DNA from: Cycas panzhihuaensis
Taxonomy: Eukaryota; Plantae; Cycadophyta
Reading direction: 5' to 3'
Assembly (NCBI GenBank): GCA_023213395.1
Contig: CM041465.1
Span: 244,783,741 to 244,847,740, forward strand
Length of the DNA stretch: 64,000 bases
Under the pieces are notes generated by a model, which searched no databases, had not been told where the DNA came from, and worked only from the letters and a program-made list of their open reading frames with translations. Within the stretch, counting starts at the first letter, position 1; every line of letters starts with the position of its first letter. The translations under genes were made by a program, and so were the position numbers. This document shows, piece after piece, positions 12,028-26,156 of the stretch.

Positions 12028-15000
12028 GGAACAACTAATATGTTCATAATTCCTTTTAATAAGACCTCCACTTATATTAATGTCATACATTTATTAATAA
12101 TATAAATTCAAATATAGTTATCATAAGGAAAATCAATAATGCAAAAGTGAGTATTATCTACTAGTAGATCTCTACTAGATTCCACCCTATGATATAAGCC
12201 ATCCTTAGTAACTCTCTCCTTTCTACCTTTCTTGAATGCACTCTTCTCTTACCAGAAAATAATGAAAACCCCCTCCTTCTTCTTTTTTCAAAGATGCTCC
12301 TCCTCCCTTTTAATAACGAAGAAGTCTCTAAAGCAAGTCTCTTTAAAGTAAATGAAGATTCTTCTAAAATAATTGAAATCACACTAAAATCCATACTAGT
12401 TTGAAAGTAAGTATTTATTTTTTCCCATAAAGTTCATATCGTTAATATTATCTTAAAAGTAAGACTTTATTTTTTCCCATAAGTCTCCAATCATTAGTAC
12501 TAACCTAAAAGTAAGACTTTTTTTCTTTATAAGACTCCTATTATTAATACTAGCCCAAAAGTAAGACTTTTTTTCTTCCCACAAGTCTCTTATCATTAAT
12601 ATCCCTTTTCTATTATATAAATGATTTAAGATGGAAAGTGGAATTATTAAATAGGATTAGAAATAAAAGTCATGGATTCTAGAATTTTCCCTTTCATTCA
12701 TATCATATATCCTCTTTTATTTACCTTTATCCCTTAATCAATCTAGCCATATTTATTTAATGGAATTAGTATTTATATCATTTACAATGTATGGGTATGT
12801 GGACCCTAAAATATTTGTAAGTACATAACATACGCACATATACTTTCCAACTTTAAGGTTATATAATACCATATTCTAATGTGAAAGGTGCATCTTACAC
12901 ACTTAGTGGGGCTTCTAGTTAACTCCCATTTATATCAATGGGTGATTACATTAAAATACTAAGTGAAAACATAAAAATGAGAATATAATGAGGTATATAT
13001 AATAAATACAAATGGGGTATTATATCTGATCTTCCTCAAAAGAAGCATCAATGCCAATGTGACCATGTGATATAAAAATATATGGATATTGCTATTGCAT
13101 AGTCTTTATTAGCTCCTAAGTTGCTTCATCAAGTTCCATATGGTTCCATTAGGCCATTACTTACTCTATGGCTTGGTTTCATATATTTACCCTTCAATCT
13201 AATATCTATATGGGTTCCACCTAAAATTACACTCTAGACTCAACCTGAATAATTAACTAGTTAACAACATTTAAATTATATGATAATATAAGCTTATATG
13301 CAATGCAACATATTCTCTTTAGGATTTCAAATAGTATATAGTATCTTGTTGCTAATTTTCTACATCTTCATAACTTTAAAGAACTTTTCTTTAGTTTCAC
13401 TTGAATAAATATGTGGTCCTTAATACTAAATTCTTTTATTATCCTTTTTAGATCTACATAGCCTTTCCATCAATATTGAGTTACCTTCAAATGCTTCGTA
13501 ATCCTAGTGACATGCTCCTCCATTTCTTATAATATTTTTGGTTCAATCATATAGTCATCTTCTAAATTATCCTAATAGTGTATTATACCTATGTCCATAT
13601 AATGCTTCGAATAGGCTCCCTTAAGAATGCATGTTGGTTATCGTTACAGAAAAATTCTACTAAATATAAGTAGTCATCCCATATAGATGGTTTTCCTATT
13701 AGATATATCCTAAGCATATCCTTAAGTTCTTGGCTAACTCATTTGTTTTCCTCATCTGATTTTGGATGGTAAGCAGTATTAAATTTTAATTTAGTTCCTA
13801 TTAATTTGAATACTGCCTACCAAAACTTAGATATAAACTTTGCATCTTGATCTAAAATTATTACTTTTGGTATTTTATAGTGTCATACTCTATTCTACAT
13901 GAAGATTTATACTATGTTAATCACTTTATATGTTAAATGCATAGGAATAGAATATATTAACTTTATTAGCTTATCTGCTATTAGTATAATACGATCATTT
14001 TTTCTTACATTTTAAAAAAGGCTTGTAATAAAATCCATGGAAATTACCTACCATTTTTATTGTGGAATTTCTAAAGGTTGTAATAATCCTATAGGGTATT
14101 GATGCTCTACTTTGACCTTCTAACATTATAAATAATGAGCAACATAACCCACTACATCCTTCTTCATACCTAGCCAAAATAAATCTTTCTTTATAGTTGC
14201 AAGAGTCTTTTGATATCCCATATGACCTATATAAGGAACATTATGAGACGACTCTATAATTAATATTCACATTGAAACATCATTTGGAATATAGATTCAA
14301 TATTAGAACATAGAGAATCTATCATTTAAAATATGATAGTCTATATACTTTTGTGTCAGCCTTGCATTTACTTGTTTATTTTGGGACTAACTATCTAAAA
14401 AACCCTTCACTTATCTATACTAGTCATCATCAAGTAACTTCTATATGATGGTAGTTTTTAAGTCAAGTTAAGTAATACTAATTGTAGCAACATAAACTAA
14501 TCTCAAGCTAGGTTGAGCTAGACTAGTATAAGCAACATGTCTTCTATGACTTGATGCATTTACAATTCTATTCTCCTTCCCCCTAATATGCTTTATATCA
14601 AAGTCATACTCTAATAAGAAATCCATTCATCTATTTTGTCTTATATTCAATTATGGTTCTATAAAGAGATATCTTAAGTTGTCATGGTAACTTTTTAACC
14701 TAAACTTCTTTCCCAAAAGGTAATATCTATATATTTTTAATGCATGCACCACTGTAACCAACTCTAAATCACGCATTAGGTAATTTATTTTATGATCCTT
14801 TAATTTTAGTGACTCATAAAAAATTACATTACTATTATGCATGAAAACTTTTCTAATTTCTTCTACTTAAGTATTAGTACAAATGACATAGTTTGCATTA
14901 GGACCTGGTAATATAAGAATAGATGTAGATGTGAGTAAAACCTTGAGTTTCTAAATTTTTTCTTTACATTTGAAAGTCCACTCAAACTTTTCACCCTTCT

Positions 15001-17969
15001 TCTATAATGAAGTAATTGGACATGTATTTTTAGAAAATCCTTTAATATACCTTTGATAATAACTTACAAGATCCAAAAAGCTCCTTACCTTAAACATATT
15101 CCTTAGTGTAAGCTACTTCATAATAGCCTTGACCTTTTGTGGATCAACAAAGATTCTTTCTTTTGATATAACATGACATAAATAGTATATACAATCTTAG
15201 TAGAATTAAAACTTACTTAATTTAACATATAACTCATGCTCTCTTAAGAGTTATAGTGCCCTCCTCAAGTATTCTTCATGTTCTTATTTTGAATTAGAAT
15301 AAATCAAAATGTCATTAAGAAAAACTATGACAAACTTGTCCAAGTGCTAACAAAATATATTCTTCATCAAATATGTAAATATGGTAAAATCATTCATCAA
15401 GCTAAATGATAATACCACATATTCATAATGGCTATACCTAATTCAAAATGTTATCTTACACATGTCATCTTCCTTGATCGAATTTGATGACAACATAACC
15501 TTAAGTCAATTTTAGAGAACATCTTAGCTCCTTTTATTTAGTTAAATATATCATTGATCCTTGGAAGAGGATATATATTCTTTATTATCATCTTATGGAC
15601 CTACTTGTAGTCAACACCTAATCACAATGTTCTATTCTTCTTTTTCACGAATAAAATAGTTGCTCCCCATAGTGACACACTTGGTCAAATAAAGTCTTTA
15701 TCCAATCATTCTTATAACTAAATCTTTAATTCTAACAATTATGGTGTAGACATATAGTATGATGCTTTAGAAATAGGTTATGTCCCTAAAACTAGTTTAA
15801 GAGCACAATCCACCTATTTTCTAGATGGTAAACTAACAAATTCTTATAGAAATATATCAAAGAACTCTTGTAGTAATGGATAATCTCCTAACCTAGTCCC
15901 CCATTAGGCTACCCTTATTACTAATAAATGTTGCATAAAATTAACAACCTTTTAATAAACTCTTATTCACTTACATGGATAAAACCTATATAATAGAGAT
16001 AGGTGACTTTTTCTCTTGGATGATCCTAGGATATCCTTCATCTTCTGCATACTCCACAACCTTATTATAATAATCAATTTTACCTTAATACTCTTCCAAA
16101 TAATCAAGTCTAATTATGGCATCATAATCCCTAAGTGGAATTACTTGAAATGCTTCATGACTATTCCACATTCCCCATTCAAATTTAGAGTTTCAGATGA
16201 ATTTAATCACTATCTTCTTACTTCTATTTACTATAAGAATATCTCATGTATCATAATATTAGTTAGGCTTAAATTTACACATTCCCATAATTCTGGGTGA
16301 TATAAAATTATGACTAGTACATGAATAAATCAACGTAGAAATGACTTGGTTAGAGATTTTTCCTCATGTTTATACCATGGTAGATTAGTAATTTAGATGT
16401 CAACCATCCACCACTATATACACTCGTATTGCCCCTCCATGGTTGCATCCATCATTATCGGTTACATCTCTATGTTGTAAGATCTTCTTCCTACATTTTA
16501 CCTCTTTGAACACTCTTGTGCATAATTCCCTTTTTCATTGCATTAAAAATAAGTACTATGAGGGGTGTCTCTTGAAAATTTGCCATAGGTGTGTCTAGAT
16601 CCTTACACCCTTTGGAACTAATTAGTGTTCTTAGTACCTTATTAAGGAGGGGCCTATTAAAATCTTCTCTTCTATTATTCATACTTATATGGAAGCTTAT
16701 CCTTCCATCCAAGGTAGTTATTTTATCACTTGGTTAGTCTTTTATACACCTCACCTTCCTATTTACTTCTTCTAAGGTTTTAAGCTCTAAAATCTCAATT
16801 TGGCCTTGGATTACTTAATTTAAGCCACTTATGAATTTGCCCACCTTCATACTTTCCTCTTGTATATAATGTGAATATTTTAAAAGGTTCATAAATTCTT
16901 TCTTATATTCTTCAACCTTCATTATAACTTGCTTTATCTCATGGAAGGCATCTTCTTTCTTTTCAAAATAGTGTTTTGAGAGGTATTTTTATTAGAAGTA
17001 TTTATAGAACTTACTCTGCTATAGCTCTCATTCTCTAATGTCTCTTACCTTCTTGTAGTATTCTTATCACAAAGATGTACTTCTTGTAAGGTTATAAATT
17101 TCTAATCTTATATTTTTATTAGAAGTAAAACTATTAATCTAAAAATACTTCCTTATACTTACCAATCATGCTTTAACTTCATTACCTTTCTTGGCTTTCC
17201 TACTAAAAGTGGGTGGTCTTTCCTTCTAAAATTCGAATTAAAAATTTCTCCTCCTAGACTTATTTCCTCCTAATCTCTTACATCCCAAAGATGATGTAGA
17301 AACTAAGAGCTTAAATCCCCTAAATGTATGCCTCCTTTTGCTTCCACTAGTCCCATCAGTATTATGTCTCTAATCCTTTTTACTAGTATTTTTTCTAGAT
17401 GAGTGCTTTTATATCTTCCCTCTTTTGCCATTGCTATGGGTATTCTGTGTGTCTCTTTCTAATTGATTATGTTATAATATTTTTTCAATGTTCATGAGCA
17501 TTATATTTTGCTCATTCAAGATTTAGTCATTATCCTCTTTATGGCTTTGAACTTCTTATAGACTATGAAATATCATAACTAGTTGTACCTAGGACATCTT
17601 AGCCAAATCTTCTTCCTCTTATTGTTGTTGAATTACTACCGATGTCATTTCTTCATCCTCTTGGTCACTTTAACTAAATTGATTATATTGTGTATCTCCC
17701 ATCATCTTAATTTCCTTATTTTCTTTATAATCGTGGTTTTATAAGAAAGTGTAAGATGGTGCAAACTTAGGTTTCACATGTGAAATAGAAAAAACTCTAA
17801 AATATTATAGTTACTCATAATGTTAATTCATGAGGTTGATTAAGTATTCTCAAAGAAGTTAGTTGAACTTCATATTTTAGGTTTTTTTAAGGATTATTTT
17901 TTCTTCAACAAAATCCGTAAGGTCAATTAGGATTCCATCCCTTAGTACTTAGCTTTATTGAGTTGATAT

Positions 17970-20181
17970 TATTGGAGGTATTACCCAATTACATAATTAT
18001 CCCCATTTATACTCTTTCTAAGTTTATTTGTATTTTATATTTGAGGTTTTCTTAAGATGTGTGCTACATAGAAATGTATGTCAGCCTATAACATTGACTA
18101 ATAATGGTTCTTTCATAAGTGGTAAGTTGCACTAAAAGTATATACATCATTCTTTATTCTAATTTAAGGTTTGACCATTATTATATTTCTTTATGTTAAC
18201 TTATATATGCTCAATATCTATCAAATCTTATTACTTTATCATTCACCCATCATTCTTATCTTTTGTTATTCATAGTAGATCCATTTTTCTAATATGGCAT
18301 CATATCTCCATGTTCATTTTCTAACATGGTATTAGAGCCCAAAGTTTGAATCCTTGAGGATAATATTTTAGAGCCTACTTTTATTCATCTTTTAGAGCTA
18401 TTTGAAATTGTTTTAGGAACTTGTTTTGTGCCTAATTAGTGACCTATCTTTTTAGACATTTTAAAAAAATTTAAAGCTATATTGTAGTGCATTTTTTTAA
18501 CGCATATTTTTGGGACTATTTTCATTATCATTTTAGATATATTTGGGATTATTTTCATCACTATTTTTTCAAATTTTAAGGGGCTATTTTGATGCTATTC
18601 AAGGTTGTTTTAAAGCCTATTTAGAGATACTATTAAAGGCTATTTTGAAGCATTATTTTGAAGTTGTTTAAAGGTTATTTGAAGCCTATTTTGGAGATTT
18701 TGAAGCTGAAGCTATAAAAAATATAGAGAAGTTTTATAAAGAAAAAAAAAGTAGATTTATATACCTTTTGTGACCAGTTTTCTTGTTGCATATGGGTTGA
18801 TTTTTTAAACATGCAAGTGTGTTATTTGAAGTAATAGAAATGGCACTTTAAAGCTACTATTTTGAAGAAAAAAATGAGTAGATTTTAGCACTAGTTATAA
18901 CCCTAATCATCCTACAGATGATGTAACTATATTATAATTTTCTTTTTTTAATGGTTGTTTAAGCCTCAATCTAGAGGACTTTGCAGGTGTCCTACATAAG
19001 GATCTACTGCTAGATTTAAGGTCATAAATATTGAAAAATATCTTAACTATTAGCTTATTATTTATGCAATAATAGAAAAAAAAAAGGATTCTGATATTTA
19101 GAAATAGAGGTCCTAATTTGGCCATTATAAAGATTTTTTTCTTCTTTATTCTAAAATCTGCCTACTTTAAAAAAGGGGAGGGATTTTAAAAAAGCACAAT
19201 ATCTACCTATGCATATGAAAAATGAGTTTATTTTTAATTTCCTTTTATCAATTTGTATTAGTATGTAGCTATGGAGTTTATGGTGATTAGACTCATATTT
19301 CTATGCAATGGAGAGAAGTGCAATGCCCTTAATATATCTCTATAAGAAGATATATATATGCCAAAAAGCTAAAAGAATAAAAAAAGGGAGAGTACATATG
19401 CAGAGGACATGTTTATGAGTAAGAGTATAATGAGATCTTAAACTCAATTTTCTTTGCCTATAGGAGCAAAGTAATTTGTACAAATACTTTATCTATCTCC
19501 TTTTTTTTTTTTGTCTTTCTTAGATAAACATGGTTATGTTACTTGTGATGTCTCATTTAGAAGTTTGCTTCCTATTAAGGCTCTTAAAATTCTAGAGCAA
19601 ATACTTCAAAAGGCACTAAAGAACCTAGAGGAAAGAACCTTGGATTCCACTAAAAGAAAATGTAATGATGTTGTATTATAAAAGGAAAAGAGAAGGTGAA
19701 ATTACTACCACATTGGGCATCATTGCAACTCCCATGGTTCCTATCGATGCACAAAACTCCACGTTATGCAAGTAGAGTAGAAAAGAAAAATGATCACAAA
19801 GGAAAGGGAATATTCAAACAAAGGTATGATCAACATGTATCTCTAAGAGTGCCATACCCTAGCATATATACTAAAGAAAATAGGCACATAGGACACATTT
19901 AGGCATTGCATCATTATTATGGGGGCCTGGATAAACATGCGAGTTGGATATCAAAGCTGAGCTACCCTGCATATGAAAATCCTTTTATTTAGTGATAGCG
20001 AATGTAGACCCTACAACACAGCCCCTCTCCACTGCATATGAAGAACTAAAGATGATGTTATCAAAGCTATTGGCATGCCTCTACACTAATATCCCTTACC
20101 ATAGATCTACGATAGTCTCCTTTGCCACCATTAAGATTCACTATGGACTTGCAAACAAATGGTGACCAGACTAAAGAATTT

Positions 20182-20267
<86 letters not shown>

Positions 20268-21836
20268 GAAGAACCTTAAATTAAATTTAGGGTATTTTTT
20301 ATTTGATTAAAAAAAATTAATGGAAGATAAATATTTTTAACATAAAGTTTTTACAGACATAAATCAAATTATAATGAGTTAAAAAAATTGAAAAGTCAAA
20401 AAATAAAATAAAATAAATTTTATAAATTATTTAGTTTGCAAGCCCCCCTAATTCATTTAGCCCCTAGTCATATGAAGTGATCGTAGGACCACTTGTTAAC
20501 TAGTGAAAGAGGTTAAGCTCATAATTTTTTTTTTCTAGGGTCATTATCACTCTTTTACCTATAATTTGAGCTAAGAGACTCTTTTTTCAGTCTTGTCAGC
20601 TATGTTGGACTCATAATTAAGAGATCTTCAATTTAACAGGTCATTTGATAATATTTGGAGTTGATTTGATGTAGATATTTCAGCTTAAAATTAAAAGTTT
20701 TTTTAAAATTTCATCTTTTTTCATTTTTTTAGCATTTTAGGCATATACATGTACTTTTTAAGGTTCCATGTCATTTGTTATATATTCTATTGATATAATA
20801 TACCCCAAATGGTGAGGTAATATATAAAATGTATTATATAGGTTCATTTTAGACTCTAGGGAACCCATATTTATTAAAAAAATCATTAAATTTTGTCATT
20901 CGAGAGAGTCATTCATATTATATTTTAGTCACATCTATTTTTTAATCATAGTAATGGCATTTATTACTTTTTTTTTAGCCCACATAGGCTATTGTAAGCC
21001 CATAATAATATGTGCAAGCCCATAAAGGCATGATGTAGCCTATAAAGGCATGATTTTAGCCCATAGAGGTAAGTTGAGACTATAGTGCCCTTGTAAGGCC
21101 TTAGAGCCATTTGTTTTCTGGTCATTGAAGTTGAAGAAGTTACTTATATTGTCTTATATATATAAGAGGTGGAATCCATTTTTAGTTACTCTTGCACATT
21201 TCTTTATAAGCTTACATATTTGGCCACACAAGATGATGTATTCCTAAGGTGAAGTTGACTTGGCATTGATTATACCATATATATAAAGGAATATCATAGC
21301 TAACTAGTGGTCACAACAGTTGGTTATCCATGTAGAGCGATGGATATAGTTCTCTTTATATAGACATCAATAGTAGATTATGTTATTACAGTAGGTTATG
21401 ATTTCAATATTTATTTGAAGATAAATTTTATATCTTTGATGTGATTTTATTTTATATAATTATTTATTATATAGAAGAATATTTTGTGTAATAATCAATT
21501 ATATAATTATCCCTATTTACACACTCTCTAGATTTATTTGTATTTTATATTTGAGGTCTTTTTAAGTTGTATGCCACATAGAAATATATGCCATCCTATA
21601 ACACTGACCAATGAGGGTTCTCTCATAAGTGGTGAGTTGTATTATAAGTATGTATATCATACTTTATTCTAATTTGAGATTTGACTATTCTTCTATTTCT
21701 TTATGTTAACTTGTACATGCTTAATCTCTATTGTGTCTTATTGCTTTATCTTTCACTCATCATTCTTATCTTTTATTATTCATACCAGATTCACTTTTTT
21801 AACATGGTATCAAAGCTCCATGTTCATTTTCCAATA
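17970..21836 (+). mobile_element. Non-autonomous LTR element (about 357-bp LTRs, no recognisable gag/pol) inserted in the Gypsy leader
   Basis: Direct repeats 17970-18326 and 21480-21836; PBS tggtattagagc at 18327-38; TSD gatat/aatat (one G>A difference). Confidence 0.8.
20184..20264. repeat. Compound microsatellite (AT)n(GA)n
   Basis: Read directly from the sequence. Confidence 0.95.
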
Positions 21837-22012
21837 AATATATGAAGCATACTTCACCTTCCTATAAATTCTTAGCTCATATAACACTCAAATCCATGGT
21901 AATATTTAAGATACTAAAATGGCCCATAGATTAAGAGAGGAATTTTATCTTATAAATTAGCATTATAACTTGGGTTCTATTAAGATTTAAACCTTTTTGC
22001 TCTAATACCATT

Positions 22013-23660
22013 TGTGATAACCTAATACTCTAATGTTATAAAATAATAAAGAAAAATTTCTTCTCCTTTCTTTTTTTGACATCAAGTATATTACCTTCTC
22101 AAGCTTATCTAAGATAATAAAAAAAATAACAATAATAATAATAATAATACGTAGTAAACTATAAGACTAGTAAGATATATGCTAAGTTGACAATTTAAGG
22201 GTCTTAGAATATAGATCACAATACGTATCATTAGCATGCTTGCACTTTACTCTTTATAACAAGATTAAAAAATGTAACCTAGGTATAAATTTTTACACAT
22301 GTGATATAATCTTAATATTTATTTTATAACTTTTATAGAATATTTATATAATATTAAGATAGAATGAACTTATTCTAAGTGGAAAAACTAGATTTCTTAG
22401 AGGTATTCATGACCTAACCATTTAAAAACTCCACATAAGAATTTGCTCCCAAGCTAAGGCATGTGATATCAGTGCTAGGGTATTTTGCTTTGACTCTTTA
22501 CTTGTGATTTAAGTCCTAATTCAACATTTTAAATCCACTAGTTTATTAATATCAATCAAATTATGGCTTAATATAGAATCTCCAAAGCTCATATGATGGT
22601 ATCACAATATATCTAACTTCTTCATGTGCCAATATGTTAGGACTAAAACTAATGGAAACTCAGAAATATGGTCTTAGACCAAATCATTGATATATGGTTT
22701 TAGGCCAAGCCATCATCATAGATTACTTATGTATGGTCCTAGACTAAGCCACTTATATATAGGATTAATGTAAAATTATAGACCAAGTTATTGTTATAAG
22801 CCACATAATATATTTTCTCACCATGGAAGAAGTTCATATATATTGAGCATATGAGTAACTAGTATGCTCATAATCCTTTTCAATAAAGCCTCCACTTATA
22901 TTTTTATCATATTCTTACCAATAACATAGATTCTAATAGAGCTAATATAAGGGAAATCAATAATATAAAGATGAGTATTACCTAGTAATAGATCTCTACT
23001 AGATCCCACCCTATAATACAAGTCATCCTTAGCAATTCTCTCCTTTATTCCTTTTTAAAATGTTCTTCTCTCTTCTTAGAAAAGAATGAAAACCTCTTTT
23101 TTTCTTTTAGAATGTGCTCCTCCTCCTCCTTCTCACTTCTAAAGATAAAGAAGTCTCTAAAGTAGGTCTCCTTAAAGTAAATAAACAGTCTCCCAAATTA
23201 AGTGAAATGATACTAATGTCAATACTAGTATAAAAGTAAGACTTTATTTTTTCTCACAAGGTTCTTATCATTAATACTAACCAAAGTAAGAATTTTGTTT
23301 TGCTCAAAAGGATCCTATCATTAATACTAGTCTAAAAATAAGACTTTTTTTTTTTTTTTTCCCATAAGGCTCTTATTATTAATACTAACCTAAAAGTAAG
23401 ACTTTTTTTCTTCTTGCAAGCCTTCTATTATTAATACTCTTTTCTTATCATAAGAATGGTTTAGGCAAAAATGTAGAACCACTAAATAGGATTAGACATA
23501 AAAGTCATAGATTTTAAAATTTATTCCTTAGGAATTTCCCTCTTGGTCATGTTATATGCTCCCTCTTATTTACTTTTGTCCCTTAAGCAATCTGTCCATA
23601 TTTATTTAGTGGACTTAATATTGACATTAATTATAATATATGGATATGTGGACTCCAAAA

Positions 23661-23701
<41 letters not shown>

Positions 23702-23908
23702 CATATATATGTAGATTTACCAACTCAAAGGTTACATAATATTATATTCTAATATAAATTACAAACTAAGGTACATCTCACACACCAAATAGAGGTTTAA
23801 GTTAGATCTTATTTATATCAGGGAATGATTACATTAAAATACTAAGTAAAAACATAAGAAGAGAGTATATAACAAGGTGTATACAATAGATATAAATAAG
23901 GTATTACA
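22013..23908 (-). repeat. 5' LTR of the Tekay-like Gypsy (about 1.9 kb)
   Basis: TG...CA ends; aligns to 5691-6461 plus 12033-13024. Confidence 0.88.
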
Positions 23909-24089
23909 AGACCAACATAAAGGGAAATGATAAATTCATCCAACTTTTTTCAAACTATAGAAGCTTTATACTTATAATGCTATAATTATATAAAGTACAC
24001 CTAGTTAAATAGATGCATAACTTTCAATAGAATAGAGCAGTAATTAAATGAATTCTATATATATATATAGATATTAATTAGGTTTAATT

Positions 24090-24986
24090 AATGGGGGTTT
24101 TGGAAGGGCCCTAACCCCTTTATATCATCTGCCAATTAGGCCTCAAAACTGTCGTGACAAGCCCATGGCCTATATAATCCCTAGCTTTAATCATACTACA
24201 TGCCCTCCCTTACCATCAACAAGCTCGATGGCTAGCTGAAAACTACCTACCCAAGGCTAACAAACCTGCCTAGTATCCAAATTGTCTATACCCTTCCTGA
24301 CCAAATCCAGAATCCCATCATGGATCGAGTCCTTCCAAAGCTCATACCTTTTGGCCCAAACTCCCTAATTGGCTAGCCCATCCGCAACCCCATTACCTTT
24401 TCTATATATGTGGATCATTTGGTAATTAACTCTTCTTTTTGGAATCTCCTTGACATCATTTATCTGAGTTCTATATCTCTAATCTAGGTTAGAATCCCCC
24501 TTGATTAACTTTATTATATTCAGCAAGTGACCCTCAAGAATGACCCTGTCATGACCTTCCTTCGAGATCAAATCCACCATTTTACACATAGCTTCTAGCT
24601 TAGCACGATGATTAGTTTAGGAGTTACAGTAGTCTGTTAAAGCCCAAATCACCTTTCCTTCTATATTCCTGTACACCCCATCTTCCCTTGCTTCTCTAGG
24701 GTTACCTTTCGCAACTCCATCAAAATTGACTTTCACCCATCCTATAGGTAGGGGGATCCATTTGCATTTCCTAGTTGATTTTGGTTTAACCTTAAAGCTA
24801 ATCCCCCATTTTTCCAAAACCCTTCTTTCTTGAGGGAAGTCTAGATTATCCTCTTCCTCCTTCAAATTCTCTTTCAAGCCCCCAAATATAATCTTAAAGA
24901 GTTTAAATTCATCCATATGCTTATCTTGAAAGATTCTTTATTTCTTTCTTTCCACAGATTCTACATCATCACTAGATGAATCCTAT
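24090..24986 (-). mobile_element. 5'-truncated plant L1 LINE fragment (C-terminal RNase H-like domain)
   Basis: KWIPLPIGWVKVNFDGVAKGNP... followed by VILEG and HIYRKGNGVADGLAN, motifs typical of the plant LINE RNase H. Boundaries are approximate. Confidence 0.8.
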
Positions 24987-25853
24987 ATATCTGATGGAAA
25001 TAATGTTGCATCAAAACATGGCAGAACATATATCAAATAATCATAAATCAATATTGCATCAATATATCAATGTATCATAATCACAATAGCATAAACCATG
25101 AAAGCATTATTGTTCAATCCATTGTAGCAGAAAAGAGTAATATAAATTTTCAATAAGGAGGCGGTGTCTAAAAGACATTAGGGTTACGCACTCCTTAATA
25201 TTTATAATTTGGGGGAGGAGGGAAACTCCTCAACCCCTGAATTTAAAATAATAATAAAATAATATTCACTTAACTCAAATGAAACTAACTTAACTTAACA
25301 TAAATCAAAGTTAAACTTACCTTGACATGCTGAGTATCACATGTCTAAATTGAAGTTGATGAGGTGTATAATCCTGGTTGGAAAGGTGGGAGTGGAGTGA
25401 TGATGATTAACTCTAACATTCTCCCCCTTAATGTCATCACGAACACTTGTATCTTTTCCTTGAACTTATGGAACTTGTACTTAAAAAAAACTTTAAAATT
25501 TTGATCTTTATCATCATGCTTCAACCTTCTTACAACATATGTCTTTATATCATGAAGTAATTCAAAAAAGCTATGAGTAAATGATGCTTGATCCAAGTAT
25601 GTATGTATAGATAGAACTTTGACTTTGTCAACTAGAACATTGAGAAAAATTTGAATTTAAACTTGTATGCTGTCAACAACTGTCATATCATAAGATTCTT
25701 TTTTGTTATATCAGATTCATTTTCCATCATGTCATAGGATTCATTTTCATTCTTCCCCTCAAATGGAGGATCAAATCCTTGTGTAGCAAGTTGGTCACAT
25801 ATTTGATCTGAATCTTCATTGATTTTGTCATCATAATCCATCTGTTATGTCAC

Positions 25854-26156
25854 CTATTTCACATGCTCAATAAAAATATTATCAAATACATGGAGGGTAT
25901 CTCCCCCATAAGTAGAAATCAATACATTCCAAACTGATTTAGAAGTTGTTAATTCAGAAACCTTTGAAAAAACATCATCATTCATAGTGCAAAATAATAA
26001 TCCTAATGCTTCATTATCCTTTCTAATGTTTTCCTTAATACTAACATCATAGTCATGTCGTAAATACTTCCATAAATCATGTGCAATAAAATAGTTTTTC
26101 ATAACCTTATGCCATTCTGAAAAATTTTGCCCATCAAATATAGGTAATTGTGCCAT
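25854..26156 (-). pseudogene. Copia-type gag N-terminal region (DUF4219/UBN2-like)
   Basis: LPIFDGQNFSEW...MKNYFIAHDLWKY...KDNEAL...FSKVSELTTSKSVWNVLISTY. Confidence 0.85.

Larger units (their letters stand above)
5691..23908 (-). mobile_element. Degenerate Ty3/Gypsy chromovirus (Tekay/Del-like) LTR retrotransposon with two nested insertions
   Basis: LTRs are 5691-13024 (split by the Copia) and 22013-23908. PBS-Met reverse complement gctctaatacca at 21999-22010. TSD ggacc (5686-90) / agacc (23909-13). Minus-strand gag-pol relics at about 13090-17700 include RNase H DLELVTVVHALKIYRYYLLGKKF and a chromodomain-like WNHMELDEAT. Confidence 0.88.
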
